From: a bacterium
GTDB taxonomy: Bacteria > Patescibacteriota > Patescibacteriia > JBDRHN01
Reading direction: 5' to 3'
Assembly: GCA_043816765.1 (NCBI GenBank)
Contig: JBDRHN010000023.1
Coordinates: 17,353 to 81,352 of the forward strand
DNA: 64,000 bases
Positions 21,587 to 32,162 of this stretch are shown here, one piece after another. Positions within the stretch are counted from its first letter, which is position 1. Every line of letters begins with the position of its first letter. The translations under genes were made by a program, and so were the position numbers. The notes beneath the pieces are model-generated. The model saw only the letters and a list, made by a program, of their open reading frames with translations, was not told the origin of the DNA and did not search any database.

Positions 21587-22603
21587 TCATCCTAAAACCT
21601 TCTCCAACTTATCCTGCTCAATCGCCATCTTAATATCTCTCGCTATACGTCGACCAGTACTCATCGGTTCATCATAACGAAGCCAAGTATAAGGAGAACC
21701 ATTTACAAAAGGATTCGTGCCAGCCACAATACGAGCTGAAATTTCAAAAATATAAAAATCTAAATTTGGATCAATTACTCCTTCCAAACAAAAAGGACCG
21801 AACAGTTCGCGACCAGTCAATTTTTTCGCAACTTTCACAACCGCTTCGCCCATTTCAAAAATTTTAGGTAAAAGAGACTCGCGCACAACAAGCGGAATGT
21901 TTCCCGTCACAGTATAGCTTGTGCGAATATCAGCGGTAAGTTGATCGCGAGCGGCGATACGTCCGATTGAATCAGCGTTTGACTCATAACGACTATCAAA
22001 ACCCATTACTTCCAATTCTTTGGTTAATGGGGAATAAAAGTAATGGACATAAATAGGAACTCCGACAATATATTCCTGCGTAGTTTGCCGCCGCCCTTTC
22101 GCGTATTGAGCAACCCCTTCGTTGAATTCGTCTTGATTGTTGGCGATAAAATATCCCTTTCCGCCCGATGCGCCGTCATATTTTACAATAACAGCGCGAT
22201 CAATATCTTTTGGATCTTTATAAATCTTGGGTAATTTTAATCCCGCCTTTTCAAGCCACTGCCGTTCTTTTGTTCTGTCTGACTCCCATTCTAAAATCTC
22301 TTTGTTGCCGTAATACATTGCTTTAACTTTCTTAACATTTTGAAATCCCAAGTATGCGACAAAAGAACCATGCGGAATAATAATAGAATTTGATTTGATA
22401 ATCTGTTTTTCAATATTAAAATAATCTTTAAAAGAGTCAACTTCTATAAATTCATCGGCAACCTTATAACTTTGATAAGGCTTCATCTTTCCTTTTTCCG
22501 CTATGCAAACAGTTGAAAAACCCTCATCCTTTGCCCCCTTTAAAATCTGTAGAGCGCTATGGCTGCCCAAAGTAGCAATTTTATAATTAGAGATCTTGCC
22601 CAT
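21587..22603 (-). CDS. purP: 5-formaminoimidazole-4-carboxamide ribonucleotide synthetase (archaeal-type PurP)
   Basis: IATLGSHSALQILKGAKDEGFSTVCIA...HGSFVAYLG...ILEWESDR... aligns along full length with Methanocaldococcus PurP as recalled. Confidence 0.8.
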   Translation of the reverse strand: MGKISNYKIATLGSHSALQILKGAKDEGFSTVCIAEKGKMKPYQSYKVADEFIEVDSFKDYFNIEKQIIKSNSIIIPHGSFVAYLGFQNVKKVKAMYYGNKEILEWESDRTKERQWLEKAGLKLPKIYKDPKDIDRAVIVKYDGASGGKGYFIANNQDEFNEGVAQYAKGRRQTTQEYIVGVPIYVHYFYSPLTKELEVMGFDSRYESNADSIGRIAARDQLTADIRTSYTVTGNIPLVVRESLLPKIFEMGEAVVKVAKKLTGRELFGPFCLEGVIDPNLDFYIFEISARIVAGTNPFVNGSPYTWLRYDEPMSTGRRIARDIKMAIEQDKLEKVLG

Positions 22604-22752
22604 ATTGACTTTGTTAATATTTTCAATATTATATATTTTTTTATAAAAAATGGCAAATCGTTTTTAAAAAAGTTGAACTTTTAAGAGCAAATGCTATACT
22701 AAAAGAGTCAAAAGTTAGCGACCTTAAGGACTTTATAGGCTTTTGACTTTTT

Positions 22753-24222
22753 ATGACCATTGACGATTTACTGGAAATTGTTAAAAAAAATATTCCAAAT
22801 GCCGATCTGAATATGATTAGGCTTGCTTATGATTTCGCGGAAGAAGCCCATCGCGGACAGAAAAGAGCGAGCGGGGAAGATTATATTCAGCACTCGCTTC
22901 ACACAGCCAAAAATTTGGCGAAACTTCATTTGGATGAAACAATGGTAATAGCGGGAATATTGCATGATGTTCCCGAAGACACATCAAGAACAATAAATGA
23001 TATTAAAAAAAATTTTGGCGATGATATAGCTAATTTGGTAAATGGAATAACCAAGCTTGGGACTATTAAATACCGAGGCATTGAACGTTATATAGAAAAT
23101 TTGCGCAAAATGTTTGTAGCGGTGGCGGCAGACATTAGGGTTATCTTGATAAAATTCGCCGATCGCATTCACAATCTGCAAACCCTTTACGCGCTTCCGC
23201 GCGATAAACAACTGCGCATCGCAAGCGAAGTAATGCAAATTTACGCTCCGATTGCTAATCGTTTGGGAATGTGGGAGCTAAAAGGTCAAATGGAAGATGA
23301 AGCGTTTAAATATCTTCACCCAAAAGAATACGCCAAAATTAAAGATATTATTGATCCATACTACCAAAAAAGCGTTGATATTTTAGAAGAAATCAGAACC
23401 AAAATAGGCGAGATAAGCAAAAAAAATAATATTGAAATAAAAATTATTCAGGGCAGAGCCAAGCATTTATATAAAATTTATAAAAAACTTCAAAAGCACG
23501 ATAACGATATTAATAAAATTTATGATTTAATCGCGAATAGAATAATTGTTAATAGCATTTCTGATTGCTACGCTGTTTTGGGATTAATTCACGAGCAATG
23601 GAAACCGCTTAAGGGAAGAATTAAAGATTATATATCACAGCCAAAACCAAACGGATACCAGTCGCTTCACACAACAGTTTTCGGACCGGGAGGGCGGCCG
23701 ATTGAATTTCAGATCAGGACAAAAGAGATGCATGAAGAAGCCGAATACGGCATAGCGGCGCACTGGCATTATGACGAAACCTTTCACTCGGAAGAAGGAA
23801 CAAAATTATCCAATAAAAAATTAAGCTGGGTTAAAGAATTAACAAAATGGAAAAAAAATCTTGATGATAATAAACATTTTTTAGAAGATCTTAAATTGGA
23901 TGTATTTCAAAATAGAATTTTTGTGTTCACGCCAAAGGGGGACATTATTGATCTTGCAGAAGAGAGTACTCCTGTTGATTTTGCTTATCATATACACACA
24001 GAGATAGGGAATGGTTGCGTCGGCGCTATGATAAATAATCACATGGCGAGTCTTGATACCAAATTAAAAAGCGGCGATATGGTGGAAATTATTGTTGATA
24101 AACACAGAAAAAAACCAAGCCGCGACTGGCTTAAATTCGTTAAAAGCAATGTGGCTAAAAATCACATAAAACAAGCGACAAGAATAAAAATACCGTTTAT
24201 GGGGAAAAGGTATTTAAACTAA
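22753..24222 (+). CDS. rel: short bifunctional (p)ppGpp synthetase/hydrolase (HD + synthetase + TGS, no ACT)
   Basis: HD motif ILHDVPED, synthetase region YQSLHTTV, TGS-like C-terminus; 489 aa. Confidence 0.88.
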   Translation: MTIDDLLEIVKKNIPNADLNMIRLAYDFAEEAHRGQKRASGEDYIQHSLHTAKNLAKLHLDETMVIAGILHDVPEDTSRTINDIKKNFGDDIANLVNGITKLGTIKYRGIERYIENLRKMFVAVAADIRVILIKFADRIHNLQTLYALPRDKQLRIASEVMQIYAPIANRLGMWELKGQMEDEAFKYLHPKEYAKIKDIIDPYYQKSVDILEEIRTKIGEISKKNNIEIKIIQGRAKHLYKIYKKLQKHDNDINKIYDLIANRIIVNSISDCYAVLGLIHEQWKPLKGRIKDYISQPKPNGYQSLHTTVFGPGGRPIEFQIRTKEMHEEAEYGIAAHWHYDETFHSEEGTKLSNKKLSWVKELTKWKKNLDDNKHFLEDLKLDVFQNRIFVFTPKGDIIDLAEESTPVDFAYHIHTEIGNGCVGAMINNHMASLDTKLKSGDMVEIIVDKHRKKPSRDWLKFVKSNVAKNHIKQATRIKIPFMGKRYLN

Positions 24223-24405
24223 TATAATCATTTATCTTAAATTTAATCTTGCAATAGAATACTAACTTTATAATTTCTAAATCACAAATTATAATTCCTA
24301 ATAAAATTAGGACTTCCGCATTTTTTGTTAAAATGCCAAATTATCCAAAAATTAGACATTGAACACTTGGATTTTTATTAGAAATTAGAAATTGTAATTT
24401 AGAAA

Positions 24406-25407
24406 TTATCTAAAGACCTCTTTTGCCGCTTCCCACATCGTATCATCCCCTTTCTCCTCTTTAAGCCATCCCCACCATTCAACGCCCCACAAATAAACTG
24501 AGGAAAAGCCTATTTTTCGCGCATAATTAATGTTATCTTCAAATTTTTCCAAATTCATGCTTTTAAATTGTTCTTCCATATTCATGGTTGCGGCATTTTC
24601 TTGGTTTGAATACCATGGTTCCGCTTGCAGTTCAGAGACTATCATTTTGTCCCATGAGCGAAAATTTAATCTTGATTTAAACCTATAAAAAGAGGCTGGA
24701 ATAAAAAAATAACTCCAATAGCCAATAGTCGGATTGTGCACTATGCGATAAACCGTTGTGCCTAAATAATCGCCCGATTTGGAACTTTTTAACCACAAAC
24801 TCAACTCGCCGCTATCTGTTATTAGAATCGGACGGCTGTCTAATGATTTTACAAGATCAATCTCTTTTTTTAATAATTTCGGATTAACTTTTTCGCACTC
24901 GCCAAACAGTTTTAAAAACGGTTCGTTTTCAACTTGCCACATAACAATATTTTCGTATTTGCTGTATCTTTTTACAACATCGTCAATCCATATTAAAAGT
25001 TCCGAATCTTGATCTTCTTGTTCCATTGAATTGAGCCATTGCGGGCGATGGCATTCCGGCCATCTTGGAAGTCTTTGCCCGACGACAAAAACCGCCTCAA
25101 CGCCCGCTTTTTGCGCTTGTTCCATCATCCAATCATAATCGTCAAAATTATAAATATCTTTTTCTTTCTCAACATCATCCCAATATATCGGCAAGCGAAC
25201 TGCTTTTACACCCAAATCGTTTATCATATCATTAAATAATTTCCGCCAATCCAAACCCAATTCAACGGCATAAGGCTTGCTAAAAGCGACTCCCCATTTT
25301 ATATTTTTTTTGCTATCATGGCCGATGCGAACAATTGGTTCGTATATAATCAAAATTATTACAACTGCGACGGCGATTATTTTATATAACTTTTTTTTGT
25401 TTGCCAT
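24406..25407 (-). CDS. membrane-anchored clan GH-A (GH5-like TIM-barrel) glycoside hydrolase
   Basis: N-terminal TM, WQVENEP acid/base motif, W-rich barrel segments; family assignment uncertain. Confidence 0.6.
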   Translation of the reverse strand: MANKKKLYKIIAVAVVIILIIYEPIVRIGHDSKKNIKWGVAFSKPYAVELGLDWRKLFNDMINDLGVKAVRLPIYWDDVEKEKDIYNFDDYDWMMEQAQKAGVEAVFVVGQRLPRWPECHRPQWLNSMEQEDQDSELLIWIDDVVKRYSKYENIVMWQVENEPFLKLFGECEKVNPKLLKKEIDLVKSLDSRPILITDSGELSLWLKSSKSGDYLGTTVYRIVHNPTIGYWSYFFIPASFYRFKSRLNFRSWDKMIVSELQAEPWYSNQENAATMNMEEQFKSMNLEKFEDNINYARKIGFSSVYLWGVEWWGWLKEEKGDDTMWEAAKEVFR

Positions 25408-25802
25408 ATATGAAATGCTTTGAATAATAATGGCGCATTGCGAAGATAAAAGGCTGGTTTGCTGGTGCTAACCGTTCAATGTCATTTTAACATTCTTACA
25501 ATGAAGTCTGTCCGTATTTTTCCACGACTTCCCACGCCATTTCAAACATTGCTTTTTGAATATTCGCAAAAAACTGGCTTGTGATCATAATGCCCATTCT
25601 GTTGGGCTTTTGTGGCAGGACTATTACTACTTTGTCTTCATAAATATTTATCTCGCAATTAAATAGATAATTAATTTTTTAAATCATCATCATTATACTC
25701 CAAACACCAATGTTTGGCAAAAAATCAACACTCTTGACATATTTTTTAGTTATGTTATCCTATACATATATGCACAAGATAAACAAACTAAATACTGATA
25801 AA

Positions 25803-26342
25803 ATGGCTAATATAGCCCAAATAGGTGAAATTATGTTTCATGCCAAAGATTTGGCTGGTTTGTGGCGAATAGAAAATACAAATACTTTATATAATACAAT
25901 AGCAAGGTATGTGAAAAAAGGGGCATTATTTAGAATTTACAAAGGATTTTATTCCATAAAACCTATTGATGAAATTGACCCTTTTGTACTGGGAACCAAA
26001 GCCATTCATAAATATTGCTATATAAGCGCGGAAACTGTTTTGACAAACAAAGGGATTATTCAACAAAATATTGATCAAATTACTTTTATGGCAAGCAAGA
26101 CAAAAAAATTAAAAATAGGCGATAATAATTATTATGTGAGACAGCTTGATGAAAAATATTTATATAACTCGGAGGGGATAAACGCTAAAGATAATTTCAA
26201 AATAGCTTCATTGGAGCGAGCTGTTGCTGATATGCTTTATTTTAATCCAAAAACTTTTTTTGATGCTAAGAATTTAATTAACTGGCAAAAAATGAGGGCT
26301 ATCCAAAAAAAAATCGGATACCCTTTGACCGATAGACAATAA
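25803..26342 (+). CDS. abiEi: AbiEi-family antitoxin / transcriptional regulator
   Basis: AbiEi_4-like wHTH N-domain; immediately upstream and co-oriented with AbiEii; start trimmed to 25803. Confidence 0.6.
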   Translation: MANIAQIGEIMFHAKDLAGLWRIENTNTLYNTIARYVKKGALFRIYKGFYSIKPIDEIDPFVLGTKAIHKYCYISAETVLTNKGIIQQNIDQITFMASKTKKLKIGDNNYYVRQLDEKYLYNSEGINAKDNFKIASLERAVADMLYFNPKTFFDAKNLINWQKMRAIQKKIGYPLTDRQ

Positions 26343-26347
26343 ATGAT

Positions 26348-27136
26348 ATGATTATATCAAACTCAAAAGATGCAATTCATAAAGCATGGCTTTTCCGCTT
26401 GCTTAACGCAATTTATGATAATGCGTTTTTAGCTAATAATTTATATTTTAAGGGCGGAACTTGCGCGGCTATGCTTGGATATTTAGATCGGTTTTCAATT
26501 GATTTGGATTTTGATTTGGCTGCTGAAAACAAATCCCCCCAACCCCCCTTTGCGAGAGGGGGAAATATTGAAAAAAATTTGGAAATAATATTTAAAAAAT
26601 TGGGGCTTTCTATCAAAGACAGAAGCCAAAAAGCGCCTCAATATTTTTTAAAATATCCAAGAAAAGAAAACGAGAGAAATACAATTAAAATAGATATTAC
26701 AACAGATGCGCCAAAATCCAATATTTATAAACCAATGATTTTTAAAGATATTGATAGAATTATAAATTGCCAAACCATAGAAACGATGTTTGCAAATAAA
26801 TTGGTTGCGCTTATTGATAGGTTTGAAAAAAATGGATCTATCGCAGGACGTGGTTTATATGATATTCATCATTTTTTTATCAAAGGTTTTAGATATAACA
26901 AAGAGGTAATTATTGAAAGAAGAAAAAAAGATTTGATTTCTTTTTTTGATGAGTTGATTTTATTTATAGAAAAAAATATAAATGAAACTGTTATAAATCA
27001 GGATTTGAATTATCTTTTGCCAAATGATAAATTTCAGGCGATACGAAAAGTTTTAAAAAATGAAACAAAAATGTTTTTAGAAGACGAGATGGGGATATGC
27101 GAAAAAAAATTAATACCAATGTCTAATGCGGCATAA
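26348..27136 (+). CDS. abiEii: AbiEii/AbiGii nucleotidyltransferase toxin with in-frame GC-palindrome insertion
   Basis: LYFKGGTCAAMLGYLDRFSIDLDFD signature; insertion KSPQPPFARGG at 26531-26566. Confidence 0.75.
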   Translation: MIISNSKDAIHKAWLFRLLNAIYDNAFLANNLYFKGGTCAAMLGYLDRFSIDLDFDLAAENKSPQPPFARGGNIEKNLEIIFKKLGLSIKDRSQKAPQYFLKYPRKENERNTIKIDITTDAPKSNIYKPMIFKDIDRIINCQTIETMFANKLVALIDRFEKNGSIAGRGLYDIHHFFIKGFRYNKEVIIERRKKDLISFFDELILFIEKNINETVINQDLNYLLPNDKFQAIRKVLKNETKMFLEDEMGICEKKLIPMSNAA

Positions 27137-27143
27137 TAAAAAT

Positions 27144-29990
27144 ATGAACAAATATCATTTCTCATACCTCGGCGCGCAGAGAAATTCTCGACGAAAAAGC
27201 CGCAAAAAAAGCCGCAACTGGCTAAAAACAATATTGCTGGGGTTTTTTGTTTTATTTGTTGCAGGGTTTACCATCGGCGGGACTGTTATTTTAATTATAT
27301 TTAACAATGTGGCAAAAGACATGCCAAACCCGGAGCAACTTTCTGTCCGCGAAGTGGCGCAAAGCACTAAAATTTATGACAGAACTGGAAAAAATTTGCT
27401 TTATGAAATTCACGGGGAAGAGAAAAGAACATTGATAAAAATTGAAGAGATTCCAAAAACAGTTATACTCGCAACTATCAGCGCGGAAGACAGAAGTTTT
27501 TATCAACATCAAGGAATTAATTTTCGCGGTTTATTGCGGGCTGTTTATAATGATATTTTTCATGGCAAATTTGAAGGCGGCTCAAGCATTACACAACAGC
27601 TGGTAACTAATACTTTGCTTTCGCGCGGCACAACTAGTTGGCAAAAAATACAAAGAAAATTCCGCGAATGGATTTTGGCTTATCAAATTGAACAAAAATA
27701 TTCAAAGGAAAAAATCCTGCAAATGTATCTGAATGAAATTCCTTTTGGCTCCAACGCTTACGGAATAGAGGCGGCGACTAGGACTTTTTTTGGAAAATCG
27801 GCTAAAGATGTAACGATTGCCGAAGCCGCCCTGCTCGCGGCTTTGCCGAATAAGCCAAGCCGATATTCTCCTTATGGGAGCTATCAAGACGAAATGTATG
27901 ACAGACAAAAATGGATACTTCAGGAGATGAGAGATCAAAAATATATTACGCAAGAAGAGTATGATCAGGCGATAAAGCAAGAATTGATTTTTCGCCCTAA
28001 TATAAGCAATATCACGGCTCCGCATTTTGTTATGTTTGTAAAAGAATATTTATCTCAAAAATACGGGGAGCAATTGCTTGAGCGCGGAGGATTAAAAATT
28101 ACAACTACATTAGACTTATATCAACAACAAATCGCGGAAAAAATAATTACTGAAAAAACTGAAAATTATCAAAAAAAATATAACGCGAGCAATGCGGCGC
28201 TCTTGGCTTTGGACACAAAAACAGGACAAATATTGGCGATGGTTGGGTCAAGGAATTATTATGATGATGACATTGACGGACAAGTTAATGTTACCTTGCG
28301 TCCGCGTCAGCCCGGTTCGTCTTTCAAACCGATTGTTTACGTCGCCGCTTTTCAAAAAGGCTATACTCCTGATACAACTCTTTTTGACGTTGTAACAACT
28401 TTTAAATCTTATCCAAAAGACTATACTCCGCATAACTATGACGGCGGCGAGCATGGACCCGTAACAATACGCAAGGCGTTGCAGGGATCTTTAAATATCC
28501 CCGCGGTGAAGGCTATTTATCTGACAGGAATTGATAAGGTTTTAGATTTTGCTGATACGTTGGAATATTCAACCCTGAAAGACCGCAGTCGTTTTGGTTT
28601 ATCGCTAGTGCTTGGCGGCGGCGAGGTTGAAATGATTGAACATCTGGATGCGTTCGCGACTTTCGCGCGCGAAGGAATTTGGAAACCTGTTGCTTCTATT
28701 TTGAAAGTGGAAGATGCGAATGGAAATATTTTAGAAGAGTTTCAACTAAAAGAAAAAAAGAAATTTGACGCGCAGATTGGCAGACTTATTAATGATGTTT
28801 TATCTGACAATAATGCTCGCGCTTACGTTTTTGGAGTTAATAATAATCTAAACTTGGGAGATAGACCTGTTTGCGCTAAAACTGGAACTACCAATGATTA
28901 CCGAGACGGATGGACGTTTGGATATACGCCGTCGCTGGCGGTGGGTGTGTGGGTTGGAAATAATGATTTCACGCCAATGAAAGATGGCGCGTCAGGCGGA
29001 ACAATAGCGGCGCCGATTTGGCGCGAATTTATGAAAACCGTTTTGGGAAATACTCCGATTGAAGTTTTCAAAAAACCGGATCCGATTGAAACAACAAAGC
29101 CGGTTTTGAATGGCGAATATAGAGTGCCTTATGTTGTAAAAATTAATAAACTATCCGGCAAATTGGCTGCTGAAAATACTCCTCCTGAATACGTTGAAGA
29201 AAAAACTTTTTATCAATTTCATAACATTTTATATTATCTTGACAAAGATGATCCGCGAGGCGATGGCAATAGCATAGCTGACGAACAGTTTACGAACTGG
29301 GAAAATGCCGTTCAGCAGTGGGTGAAAAAACAAGCGGAAAAAAACGTCAACGAAGACGAGGAGAATCCGTATATAATAGAACTCCCTCCGCAAGAACAGG
29401 ATAATACTCAAGCCGCAAAAAAACCGATTGTAAATTTTACTAGTCCGAACAATAATTCAACAATAACCGATAGAGATTTTAAAGCAAATATCAGCTATTC
29501 AATTTTCGTTGGGGAACAACCTAAAAAAGTGAGATATTACCTTGATGAAAAATTGCTTAAAATTATTACCATGCTTCCTTTTACTGATTTTGATTATAAT
29601 TTCGCTGAAACGACAAACGGATTTCATACGCTTCGGGTTGAACTTTACGATGAGGCGGGAAATTATGGCGAGGATGAAAGGACTTTAAATCTGCTTTTCA
29701 ATGCTGAGCCGATTAATGTGAGCTGGGTAAGCCCTCTTTCCAGCAGCTCTTTTCCGATTTCTAATTTACCGACTTCTTTGAATATTAAAATTTCAAATTA
29801 CAACCAAGCCAACAAGATTGAATTTTATTCTAACGAGAGGTTGGTTGAAACAATAACTGATATTACCTCTGAAGATATTTCTGTATCGTGGGAAGAGAGT
29901 GATGTGGGGTCGTATGAGCTTTATGTTAAGGTGTATGGTAAGCAGGGGGAAGTTTATGAGAGCGGAAAGGCGGGGATTGTGTTGAGGTAA
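27144..29990 (+). CDS. class A penicillin-binding protein (transglycosylase + transpeptidase) with ~300-aa C-terminal extension
   Basis: GT51 motifs EDRSFYQHQGIN, RGGSSITQQL; transpeptidase SSFKP, KTGT. Confidence 0.92.
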   Translation: MNKYHFSYLGAQRNSRRKSRKKSRNWLKTILLGFFVLFVAGFTIGGTVILIIFNNVAKDMPNPEQLSVREVAQSTKIYDRTGKNLLYEIHGEEKRTLIKIEEIPKTVILATISAEDRSFYQHQGINFRGLLRAVYNDIFHGKFEGGSSITQQLVTNTLLSRGTTSWQKIQRKFREWILAYQIEQKYSKEKILQMYLNEIPFGSNAYGIEAATRTFFGKSAKDVTIAEAALLAALPNKPSRYSPYGSYQDEMYDRQKWILQEMRDQKYITQEEYDQAIKQELIFRPNISNITAPHFVMFVKEYLSQKYGEQLLERGGLKITTTLDLYQQQIAEKIITEKTENYQKKYNASNAALLALDTKTGQILAMVGSRNYYDDDIDGQVNVTLRPRQPGSSFKPIVYVAAFQKGYTPDTTLFDVVTTFKSYPKDYTPHNYDGGEHGPVTIRKALQGSLNIPAVKAIYLTGIDKVLDFADTLEYSTLKDRSRFGLSLVLGGGEVEMIEHLDAFATFAREGIWKPVASILKVEDANGNILEEFQLKEKKKFDAQIGRLINDVLSDNNARAYVFGVNNNLNLGDRPVCAKTGTTNDYRDGWTFGYTPSLAVGVWVGNNDFTPMKDGASGGTIAAPIWREFMKTVLGNTPIEVFKKPDPIETTKPVLNGEYRVPYVVKINKLSGKLAAENTPPEYVEEKTFYQFHNILYYLDKDDPRGDGNSIADEQFTNWENAVQQWVKKQAEKNVNEDEENPYIIELPPQEQDNTQAAKKPIVNFTSPNNNSTITDRDFKANISYSIFVGEQPKKVRYYLDEKLLKIITMLPFTDFDYNFAETTNGFHTLRVELYDEAGNYGEDERTLNLLFNAEPINVSWVSPLSSSSFPISNLPTSLNIKISNYNQANKIEFYSNERLVETITDITSEDISVSWEESDVGSYELYVKVYGKQGEVYESGKAGIVLR

Positions 29991-30057
29991 AATTTTTTAG
30001 CTCCTCCTGAACTATTTTAGCCGCTTTAAGCATATTTATAATTTATAATTTAGAACT

Positions 30058-31230
30058 TCACCTCGTGTCCTCTATCCTCCCAACAACAAACAAACCCGCC
30101 AGCATAAAAATTCCCAAAAATAAAAATAAATATTGAAGGGGATAAAATGCTAAAACAATAGACGCGATGAGCGGGGTAATAATATATCCGATCGGGCGCA
30201 TAAGGCGAAAAAAATTAATCAGGTCAATATCCCGCGCGTCAATCTGTTTATAAAAATAGCTTTCATCCATAACTTGAATCAACGAAATTCCTATCCTGTT
30301 GGCAAATAAAGCGACCGCCCATATCCAAACAACCGCTGAATTAATAAAGAAAATCAAACATGTGGTAATTCCGGCGAGAAGAAAGCCGAGCATTAGAATC
30401 TCTTTTTCTCCGCATTTGTTATCAGCCAACCATCCGGCGGGGTATTGGAAGATTACAAACGCGCTAAGCATGATTGTAAAAACCAAACCGATTTGCGTCC
30501 AATCCATTCCAATTTGACGCAAGTAGAGCGGCATATAAATTATCATAAAAGCGAAAAATATTTCCAGCCAAAGACTGCCAAGTATTATTTGAGATAAATT
30601 TTTATCTCTTTTTATTTTTCTAAAACTTTCCAAAAATTTTATTTTAGAATGATCATGGTCATAGTCCCCTTTCAGCCTTAGAAATACAGCAAAAGAAATA
30701 AATACCAAAATTCCCGCTATTAAAAACAGCAGATTGAAACCATAAGCGGCAAGTAAATATCCCGCGATAATAGGCGCGGCAACCCAAGCTAAATTTCTGA
30801 CCGTGAGCTGTTTGCCTTTTATGCTTCCCGTAGATTCATCGCACGAAAAAGTTTCAGTAAAAATATCAATGCCTATATATATGATAAATAATGTAACGAT
30901 GTAAAATAAAAAAAATAAAATCGCCAACGCTTTTTGTTTTACTGTCGCCAGTCCGACCAAGCTCAAAAGATGGATTAAAAAGAAAACAAAAAACAGTTTA
31001 TATCGTCCGAATTTCGCAACCCACGTAGAAAGCTTGAATATTAATATCGCGGATATAATATTTCCAAATACAAAAATATATCCTAAATATCTTATATCTA
31101 TATATTGTTCCAAAAAAGATGACGTGATATAGGCGAGCAGAGCGGCTTCAAGCGCTATAAAAAATGCGATTGAAATTATTGTGTTTAGTTTTTGAGAGTT
31201 TAATTGTTCAAGGTGTTTCTTTTTGGGCAT
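30058..31230 (-). CDS. MFS transporter
   Basis: 12 predicted TM helices, MFS-like loops. Confidence 0.8.
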   Translation of the reverse strand: MPKKKHLEQLNSQKLNTIISIAFFIALEAALLAYITSSFLEQYIDIRYLGYIFVFGNIISAILIFKLSTWVAKFGRYKLFFVFFLIHLLSLVGLATVKQKALAILFFLFYIVTLFIIYIGIDIFTETFSCDESTGSIKGKQLTVRNLAWVAAPIIAGYLLAAYGFNLLFLIAGILVFISFAVFLRLKGDYDHDHSKIKFLESFRKIKRDKNLSQIILGSLWLEIFFAFMIIYMPLYLRQIGMDWTQIGLVFTIMLSAFVIFQYPAGWLADNKCGEKEILMLGFLLAGITTCLIFFINSAVVWIWAVALFANRIGISLIQVMDESYFYKQIDARDIDLINFFRLMRPIGYIITPLIASIVLAFYPLQYLFLFLGIFMLAGLFVVGRIEDTR

Positions 31231-31343
31231 GGAAAATTGGTGTTAGTTGTTAATTATTTTTTATTATAAAAACATGAATCAATCTAATTTTTGGCTTTAT
31301 AAATAATAAAAATTGTTAGTGTTAAGAATTGGTTTCGGTGTAT

Positions 31344-31877
31344 TTATTTAAAATAAACTCCTGCATACATTGCACTTTCCAAAATCATAATAACCAAATA
31401 ATACTTTTCCATTAACTCAAGGGATGAGACAATATGTTTATACTTTATGTCTTCGCTTAAAGAGTTTATGATTACCTTGGAAACCAAATGCTCTTCATCG
31501 CCTATTTTTTCAATTATTGCCTCGGAGGCAGTAAAAGCAAGCTTTATATAATAAACATCTTGACTTGGATATTTACAAAAACCGTTGCCAAAATAATATC
31601 CACTTTCTCTGGGGTTGCTGTTGAAAGAACTTATTCCTGAATCATACCTAAATGGACTAATTTTTTTATTAAAATTACCCATTATATCATCAATTTCAAA
31701 CTCAAAAGTCTTCATAAATTCACGAATTATCTCATCGTTTACCTTTAATTCAGCAAACAAAGAGACACATTGGGATATCCAATCAAGCAACTCCTTCTCC
31801 TGAAAAACTGTCTTATTGTCAATAAACTGTTTAAGTGCTTCTGCTCTTTTTTTGTACTCTTGTGATTTTAAATTCAT
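31344..31877 (-). CDS. hypothetical protein
   Basis: 177-aa ORF, no recognised motif. Confidence 0.5.
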   Translation of the reverse strand: MNLKSQEYKKRAEALKQFIDNKTVFQEKELLDWISQCVSLFAELKVNDEIIREFMKTFEFEIDDIMGNFNKKISPFRYDSGISSFNSNPRESGYYFGNGFCKYPSQDVYYIKLAFTASEAIIEKIGDEEHLVSKVIINSLSEDIKYKHIVSSLELMEKYYLVIMILESAMYAGVYFK

Positions 31878-31938
31878 ATTTTATTTTTATACTCTTCCTT
31901 CAAAATAGTAAATAGGAGAGGATGGGTGGTGAATTTTT

Positions 31939-31967
31939 TTGACAATGTGGATAAAATTTGCTATATT
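31939..31967 (+). promoter_or_regulatory. consensus sigma70-type promoter (TTGACA-N17-TATATT)
   Basis: TTGACAatgtggataaaatttgcTATATT; near-identical architecture at 37371. Confidence 0.6.
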
Positions 31968-31974
31968 AAAAATA

Positions 31975-32073
31975 CAAAAACCTGTATCCTGAACTGTCAC
32001 CGGATGGTGGCGTGGCTGGGACTCCCAGCATAGGGACGTGGTTGGGAAAAGCCCTTTTTTAGGGCGTTTTTTT
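31975..32073 (+). ncRNA. candidate small RNA (~100 nt) ending at intrinsic terminator
   Basis: no CDS; GC-rich structured core; terminator GCCCTTTTTTAGGGC + T7 at 32051-32073. Confidence 0.4.
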
Positions 32074-32162
32074 GCTATTTAAACGCCACTCATTTTCAAT
32101 GCGATTTTTAATAATTTCTTTGTAAATTTAGGACTTTCGCATTTGAATAAAAACATCACCAT

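Noticed and set aside
21477-21677. 66-aa ORF (also 32490..32816 and 39596..39820) containing RDEALPRL / NEAMPHL peptides
   Set aside because: These peptides are simply translations of the family A palindrome. The ORFs run antisense to or across real genes and were called only because the palindrome lacks stops.
31975-32073. SRP (4.5S) RNA or tRNA identity for the orphan transcript
   Set aside because: No helix-8 consensus (GGAAG...AGCAGCC / GNAR loop) and no T-loop GTTCRANYC. Kept only as an unclassified sRNA candidate.
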